Below, piece by piece: positions 59,202-64,000 of a DNA stretch of 64,000 bases. The notes under the pieces are model-generated. The model was not told the DNA's origin, ran no database searches, and was given only the letters and a program-made list of their open reading frames with translations. The stretch comes from an uncultured delta proteobacterium (GTDB lineage: Bacteria; Desulfobacterota; Binatia; Binatales; Binataceae): the NCBI GenBank assembly GCA_963724765.1, contig CAVRVY010000001.1, positions 512,001-576,000 on the forward strand, written 5' to 3'. Positions within the stretch are counted from its first letter, which is position 1; every line of letters starts with the position of its first letter. The position numbers were made by a program, and so were the translations under genes.

Positions 59202-60297
59202 TGTGCCTCCCGAAAACCTCATCCTGGATGACACGCGGGTAAGCGTATGGTAATGAAGCGGCCGATGGTGGCGTTTCTGAGCCAGCTGCTGCTTGCTATC
59301 CGGTCGCGGTTCACGGGGCGCGCGCGGCTTGAGGCCGAGAATCTCCTCCTGCGCCAACAACTGGTAGTTCGACGGCGCAAGTCCCCGACGCGCGTAAGAC
59401 TGTGGAACATCGATCGCCTGCTGTTGGTATGGCTGTATCGACTTTACCCATCGCTCCTGGACGCCATCATCATCGTCCAGCCGGAGACCGTGCTCCGCTG
59501 GCACCGACGTGGTTTCCGCGCCTACTGGCGCTGGAAGTCCCGCCACGTCGGCGGCCGTCCACGGATCGATACCGAGTTTCGAGCGCTGATCCGGCGGATG
59601 AGCCGCGAGAACCCGCTGTGGGGCGCACCGCGGATCCACGGCGAATTGTTGATGCTTGGCATCGAAGTCGCTGAATCAACCGTCGGCAGGTATATGGTCC
59701 GGCGCCGCCGACCACCGTCCCAAGGTTGGAAGACTTTCTTGCGCAATCACGTTGGCGGCATCGCTTCGCTGGATCTGTTCGTCGTACGCACGATCTCGTT
59801 CAAGCTGCTCTATGGCTTGGTGATCCTGCGTCACGCCCGCAGGCGGCTAGTCATGATCAGCGTCACTACCAATCCGACTGCCGAGTGGATCGCTGGACAG
59901 GTGACTGACGCTTTCCCCTGGGACGAAACGCCAAGTCATCTGATTCGCGACCGTGACGGAGCATTCGGTCCAGCCTACACCCAGCGCATTCGGGCAATGG
60001 GGATCCGCGATCATCCGACCGCGCCGCGTTCACCGTGGCAGAACGGCCACGTCGAGCGCCTCATCGGCTCGATCCGGCGCGAAAGCCTCGATCACTTGGT
60101 CGTGTTCGACGAAGCGCAGTTGCGTCGCGTTCTGAAGAATTACGCTTCCTATTATAACCAGGTGCGGACGCATCTCTCATTGGACAAGAATGCGCCGGAT
60201 TTTCGACGCCCACAGAAGCTCGGCCCCATCGCAGCCATTTCAATTCTGGGTGGGCTGCACCACCAATATGTAAGGGTTTAGGTTTTGACTAAGCACA
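59202..60297 (+). mobile_element. IS481-like insertion sequence (rve integrase core), full length
   Basis: TGT...ACA ends; imperfect IRs TGTGCCTCCCGAAAACCTCATCC / TGTGCTTAGTCAAAACCTAAACC. Confidence 0.8.
59247..60281 (+). CDS. DDE transposase (integrase core domain)
   Basis: WGAPRIHGEL, SLDLF (D), IRDRD (D), SPWQNGHVER (E), YYNQVRTH. Confidence 0.92.
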   Translation: MVMKRPMVAFLSQLLLAIRSRFTGRARLEAENLLLRQQLVVRRRKSPTRVRLWNIDRLLLVWLYRLYPSLLDAIIIVQPETVLRWHRRGFRAYWRWKSRHVGGRPRIDTEFRALIRRMSRENPLWGAPRIHGELLMLGIEVAESTVGRYMVRRRRPPSQGWKTFLRNHVGGIASLDLFVVRTISFKLLYGLVILRHARRRLVMISVTTNPTAEWIAGQVTDAFPWDETPSHLIRDRDGAFGPAYTQRIRAMGIRDHPTAPRSPWQNGHVERLIGSIRRESLDHLVVFDEAQLRRVLKNYASYYNQVRTHLSLDKNAPDFRRPQKLGPIAAISILGGLHHQYVRV

Positions 60298-60446
60298 ACC
60301 ATCTCGACTATCGGACATTACGGGACCAGCGCGAGCGGCTCGGATGCCGACGACTGGTACTCACACACATGAGCGAAGATATGCTGCGCCGTGTGGGGGA
60401 TCTGGAGGTTGAATACGCAGACGACGGGCGGATCATAGAGTTGTAG
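60298..60446 (+). pseudogene. C-terminal fragment of an MBL-fold (RNase Z-like) metallohydrolase, truncated by the IS
   Basis: Manual translation HLDYRTLRDQRERLGCRRLVLTHMSEDML...EYADDGRIIEL*. Confidence 0.7.
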
Positions 60447-60462
60447 TTGCAAAGACGCTTAG

Positions 60463-61777
60463 CCGGATGTTGAGAAGTTCCTCTCCGTCGGATCGACGGA
60501 TCGTTTCGGATCTGTATAGTGGAACGAGGCCAGCGGGGTTGAGGAGGAAGAGGAAGATGCGTGGATACGATCGGCCACAGACGACGATGCTGATCTTGGT
60601 GAACCCCGAGCAGCGGGTCCCGGCCAACCATCCGATCAGGATGATCAAGCCGCTAGCTGAGGTGGCGCTCAAAGAACTCTCGCCGTTGTTCGAGCAGATG
60701 TACAGGAAGTGGGCCGACCCTCGATCCCGCCGGAGCGGTTGTTGAAAGCCTCGCTCTTGATGGTGCTCTATACGGTGCGTAGCGAGCGGATGTTTTGCGA
60801 GCAGTTGGACTACAACCTTTTGTTCGGTGGTTCCTGGATATGAATTGGGACGAGCCGGGCTTCGACCACTCGACCTTTAGCCGCAACCGAGCACGCTTGC
60901 TGGAGCACGACGTGGCGGGCGAGTTTTTCCGCACTGTGGTGGCGGAGGCTCGCGAGTTGAAGCTGACCAGCGACGAGCACTTTACGGTGGACGGCACGCT
61001 GATCGAGGCGTGGGCGTCGCTCAAGAGCCTGCGCCCCAAGGGCGAGGACCCGAGCGATCGTACACCGCCTGATGATCCGGGTAATCCGAGCGTGAACTTC
61101 CACGGCGAGCGGCGCCAAAACGCAACCCACCAGTCGACGACCGATCCCGAAGCGCGGCTGGCGAAGAAGGGCGCCGGCAAAGAGGCCAGGCTCTGTTACA
61201 CCGAAAGCGTGCTGATGGAGAATCGCAACGGCATTATGATCGATCTGCGCGTGGGTCAGGCCACTGGTCGGGCCGAATGTGAGCAGGGACTGGAGATGCT
61301 GGAAGAAGTAGGTGGGTTTCACCGGATCACGGTTGCGGCGGACAAGGGTTACGATCGGGCCGAGTTCGTTGCGGGCTGCCGTGCGCTCAACGTCACGCCG
61401 CATGTGGCGCAAAATGAGTGGCGGCCAGGTGGCTCGGCGCTCGACCTGCGGACGACCAGTTGGCCCGGGTACGCGGTGAGTCAGCGCGTGCGCAAACGGG
61501 TCGAGGAGATCTTCGGCTGGATCAAGACGGTTGGCAACTTCCGTCGCACCCGCTATCGCGGCTTGGAGCGGACCAGCCTTGCTGCCTACCTGGTCGGCGC
61601 TGCCTACAACCTCCTCAGGATCGCGAAACTCTGTTCCAGTGGATGAATCGAGCCGCCAGCGAACGGCACCTGCCGCCGCCCGGCGTCCAACAACCGACCA
61701 GGCGACCTTAATACTCACTTCGTCATCTTGATCAAACCAAGACAAGTTCGCGATTCGCTCCTTTCCTCAACACCCTG
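60463..61777 (+). mobile_element. IS5-family insertion sequence
   Basis: Ends CCGGATGTTGAGAA / reverse complement CAGGGTGTTGAGGA, flanked by TTAG and CTAG. Confidence 0.75.
60557..61646 (+). pseudogene. IS5 transposase with two single-base frameshifts (about 60705 and 60825)
   Basis: MRGYDRPQ..RVPANHP | GRPSIPPERLLKA..YTVRSER..DYNLLF | RWFLDM..VDGTLI..ADKGYD..VEEIFGW..YNLLR. Confidence 0.85.
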
Positions 61778-61863
61778 CTAGGGAGAAAGAAACGGCCCGC
61801 GCGAGTCTTCTCCTGACCTTCTACCTGCTGCTTCTCCTTCGCGGCAATCTCCTGTTCGGTCAT
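61778..61863 (-). pseudogene. N-terminal stub of a small heat-shock (Hsp20) gene cut by IS5
   Basis: AAGGAGG RBS; MTEQEIAAKEKQQVEGQEKTRAGRFFLP ends at the IS junction. Confidence 0.6.
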
Positions 61864-61912
61864 TGTCGGTTTCCTCCTTTAAGGGTGCCTCGAATCCTGC
61901 GCACCCGTGGTC

Positions 61913-62020
61913 CTAAGCCGGTTTCACCGCGATCTGACGCGGCTTCGCCGACTCCGCCTTGGGTACCCTAACCGTCGGCATCCCGGCCTCGTAGCCGGCG
62001 GCCGCCTTGTCGTTCCCCCC
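61913..62020 (-). pseudogene. C-terminal remnant of an Hsp20/alpha-crystallin gene
   Basis: DKAAAGYEAGMPTVRVPKAESAKPRQIAVK resembles the A.Y.NGVL.V..PK....PRQI.V tail. Confidence 0.65.
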
Positions 62021-62372
62021 AACCCCCCGCATCTTTCCCTCGGCCTCCAAATTCAGTAAGAGGCCGAGCGGAAAGATGCTCACTATGAGCCTTTCTCCAG
62101 ATACAAGGGCCGCGCGGAAAAATGTTGCGTATTGAGAGCTGGTCAGCGCTGTGCTAGCCGCCGGCCAGCCGCGCTTTCTCACTTGCGTCTCGAAGACTTT
62201 GAAGCCGGGCAGAAGAAGCAACTTCGGTTAGCTTTGGAGCCGCGGCTTGCGTTTGTCATCGCGACCGAGGGAGTTTTCTGAGATGCTTGATTGAGCGCTC
62301 CGCACAGGGCTCCAAGAACTAAGTTCGAACGCCTCGTGAACATTCGTACTCGCGGTCGAGGCCGCTGCCGCT

Positions 62373-63437
62373 ATGCCGACTGACTCAAGAGACTTCAAAG
62401 ACACGGTCAGGCAATATTTTCGTAACATTCAGCTTGAGGTCGACAGCGCTGCACTATATCGAGCTTTGTCTGTTGAAGAGCGCAAACCCGAAATCGCGGA
62501 GGTCTATAAGCGCCTTGCCGCGATCGAGCAAGCTCACAAGGAATTCTGGAAGCAACGACTTTCGGAGCTTGGTCAACAGGTGCCTGAGTTCAGTGTAGGG
62601 TGGCGCACTAGAACCTTGATCTGGCTTGCCCGCCGCTGGGGTCCTGATTTCGTGCTTCCGGTCGTGAGCACACGCGAGCACGCTGATGTCCGATACTACG
62701 ATGCTCAATCCGAAGCCGTCGCCGGCGGATTCAACGCAGCCGAGAGATCCCACGCGCGCATCATTCGAGCGGTCGCGGCCTCCATGCCGAATATGTCAAT
62801 CGGTCCGCTAGCAAACGCATTGCGTGCGGCTGTGCTCGGTGCCAACGATGGGCTCGCATCGAACTTGAGCCTGGTCATGGGAGTAGCCGGCGCAAATCTG
62901 ACATCCCACGCAATCCTGGTTACCGGACTATCGGGCCTGGTTGCAGGCGCGTGCGCGATGGCGATGGGCGAGTGGTCGTCGATCAGCACGTCTCGGGAGA
63001 GCCACGAGACAGGGGTGGACGTTGAAGCTCGAGAACCAGCCGATATTTCGGAAGAGGAAAGAGAGCAGCTGGCCAATATCTATTCGGCGCAAGGTCTCAG
63101 GCCGGATGAGGCTCGATCATTAGCCAACCGCCCGGCAACCACAACGCGAGAGGACTTCGGCGGCTATGCATGGAATGCCGCTATGTCGTCTTTTCTGTTG
63201 TTCGCAACCGGCGCTCTATTTCCGGTGGTGCCCTTCTTTTTCCTGTCAGGTTCCGCTGCCGTGCTCGCGAGCATCGTAATAAGTTCGGCCGTGCTTTTTC
63301 TGATCGGCGCAGGAGCGACCCTTTTCACCGGACGAAGCTTCTTTTTCTCCGGAATCCGACAGCTCCTCGTCGGACTAGCCGCTGCGGGCGTGACTTATAC
63401 GCTGGGTCACTTCATAGGTGTGACATTGTCAAGTTAG
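62373..63437 (+). CDS. VIT1/CCC1 iron/manganese transporter with N-terminal ferritin-like (rubrerythrin) domain
   Basis: ExxS..Y / EQAH..W / ERSH helices; LRAAVLGANDGL, AMAMGEW; C-terminal TM helices. Confidence 0.88.
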   Translation: MPTDSRDFKDTVRQYFRNIQLEVDSAALYRALSVEERKPEIAEVYKRLAAIEQAHKEFWKQRLSELGQQVPEFSVGWRTRTLIWLARRWGPDFVLPVVSTREHADVRYYDAQSEAVAGGFNAAERSHARIIRAVAASMPNMSIGPLANALRAAVLGANDGLASNLSLVMGVAGANLTSHAILVTGLSGLVAGACAMAMGEWSSISTSRESHETGVDVEAREPADISEEEREQLANIYSAQGLRPDEARSLANRPATTTREDFGGYAWNAAMSSFLLFATGALFPVVPFFFLSGSAAVLASIVISSAVLFLIGAGATLFTGRSFFFSGIRQLLVGLAAAGVTYTLGHFIGVTLSS

Positions 63438-63890
63438 GCTTTCTAGGAAGGCCTGCTGCTTGCGGTCGAACCATCTGATCCACGCGGGCTCATCGTCGGC
63501 CTTTCCGGACACTTCGCTTAAGGCGCTTCGTTGCACAGTTGGCGTCGGGCCGATACGAGCCCAAGCCGCCAGACCGCTTTCCTCTGGCAAAATCAAGTGG
63601 CTTTTCGCGGCAGATCACGCAACCCGCCATCCCCGATGTCGTCCTATACCGGACGGTCGTCGATTCCTTCTATCGGAGCGTCGTGGTGCGCGAATCTCCG
63701 GCGAAAGAGAACCGAGTCACTGCCAGACGGAGAAATATTCGCATCCCGGCCGGGTCGTCCTCTCCGGTTCCGCTTCGTGCCCGAATTGAACCGCAAACCC
63801 CGGCTTCCTTTGGCGTTTCTGGTAGAGAGAACCGAGAGAGACAGACTGCTTGCTGGATGACCCAGTCAGATGCGAACCCCTCTCCCGGTC

Positions 63891-63952
63891 GTCAACCGGT
63901 TGACACTCTAGCGGCGGTTGACAAAGTGGCGGTTGACAGCCGAGCGGTTGAC
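63891..63952. repeat. Array of four CGGTTGAC direct repeats, the first forming palindrome GTCAACCGGTTGAC
   Basis: GGTTGAC at 63898, 63916, 63931 and 63946. Confidence 0.7.
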
Positions 63953-64000
63953 GTCCGGCGAGTGCTCAACGAAAAATAGAACGAGGTTTGATGTTTGCTA

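Noticed and set aside
63851-63884. tRNA gene
   Set aside because: Only a degenerate T-arm/acceptor-like fragment (GGTTCGCATC...TCCAGCA); no cloverleaf

Overview
GC-rich bacterial chromosome window; the gene content (DUF1329, poly-Pro OmpA, S53 peptidase, HpnO-like aminotransferase) is reminiscent of acid-soil Binatota, but that is inference only. Left 10 kb: the 5' part of a type III PKS (absent from the ORF track), then a sigma-54-type envelope module (PAP2, membrane histidine kinase, NtrC-type activator, ABC exporter, c-type heme protein) and an HpnO-like aminotransferase. 10-29 kb is accessory DNA: an intact IS630, IS21 and IS481-like remnants, OmpA, surface-glycan genes (sulfotransferase with coiled coil, GT4-GT2, methyltransferase), and two secreted acid-protease-like proteins linked by a 35-bp inverted repeat. 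The centrepiece (28.7-58.6 kb) is a divergent catabolic island around an XRE-cupin regulator. It joins the complete N-methylglutamate methylamine pathway (gmaS-mgsABC-mgdABCD) to three hydantoinase-A and two hydantoinase-B subunits, M20, nitrilase, C45 and formamidase enzymes, two CE4 hydrolases and a DUF1329 protein. Its left arm has a highly structured candidate leader RNA. The right end is an IS-scrambled zone (IS481-like palindrome, frameshifted IS5, truncated MBL-hydrolase and Hsp20 genes), followed by a ferritin-like/VIT1 gene.
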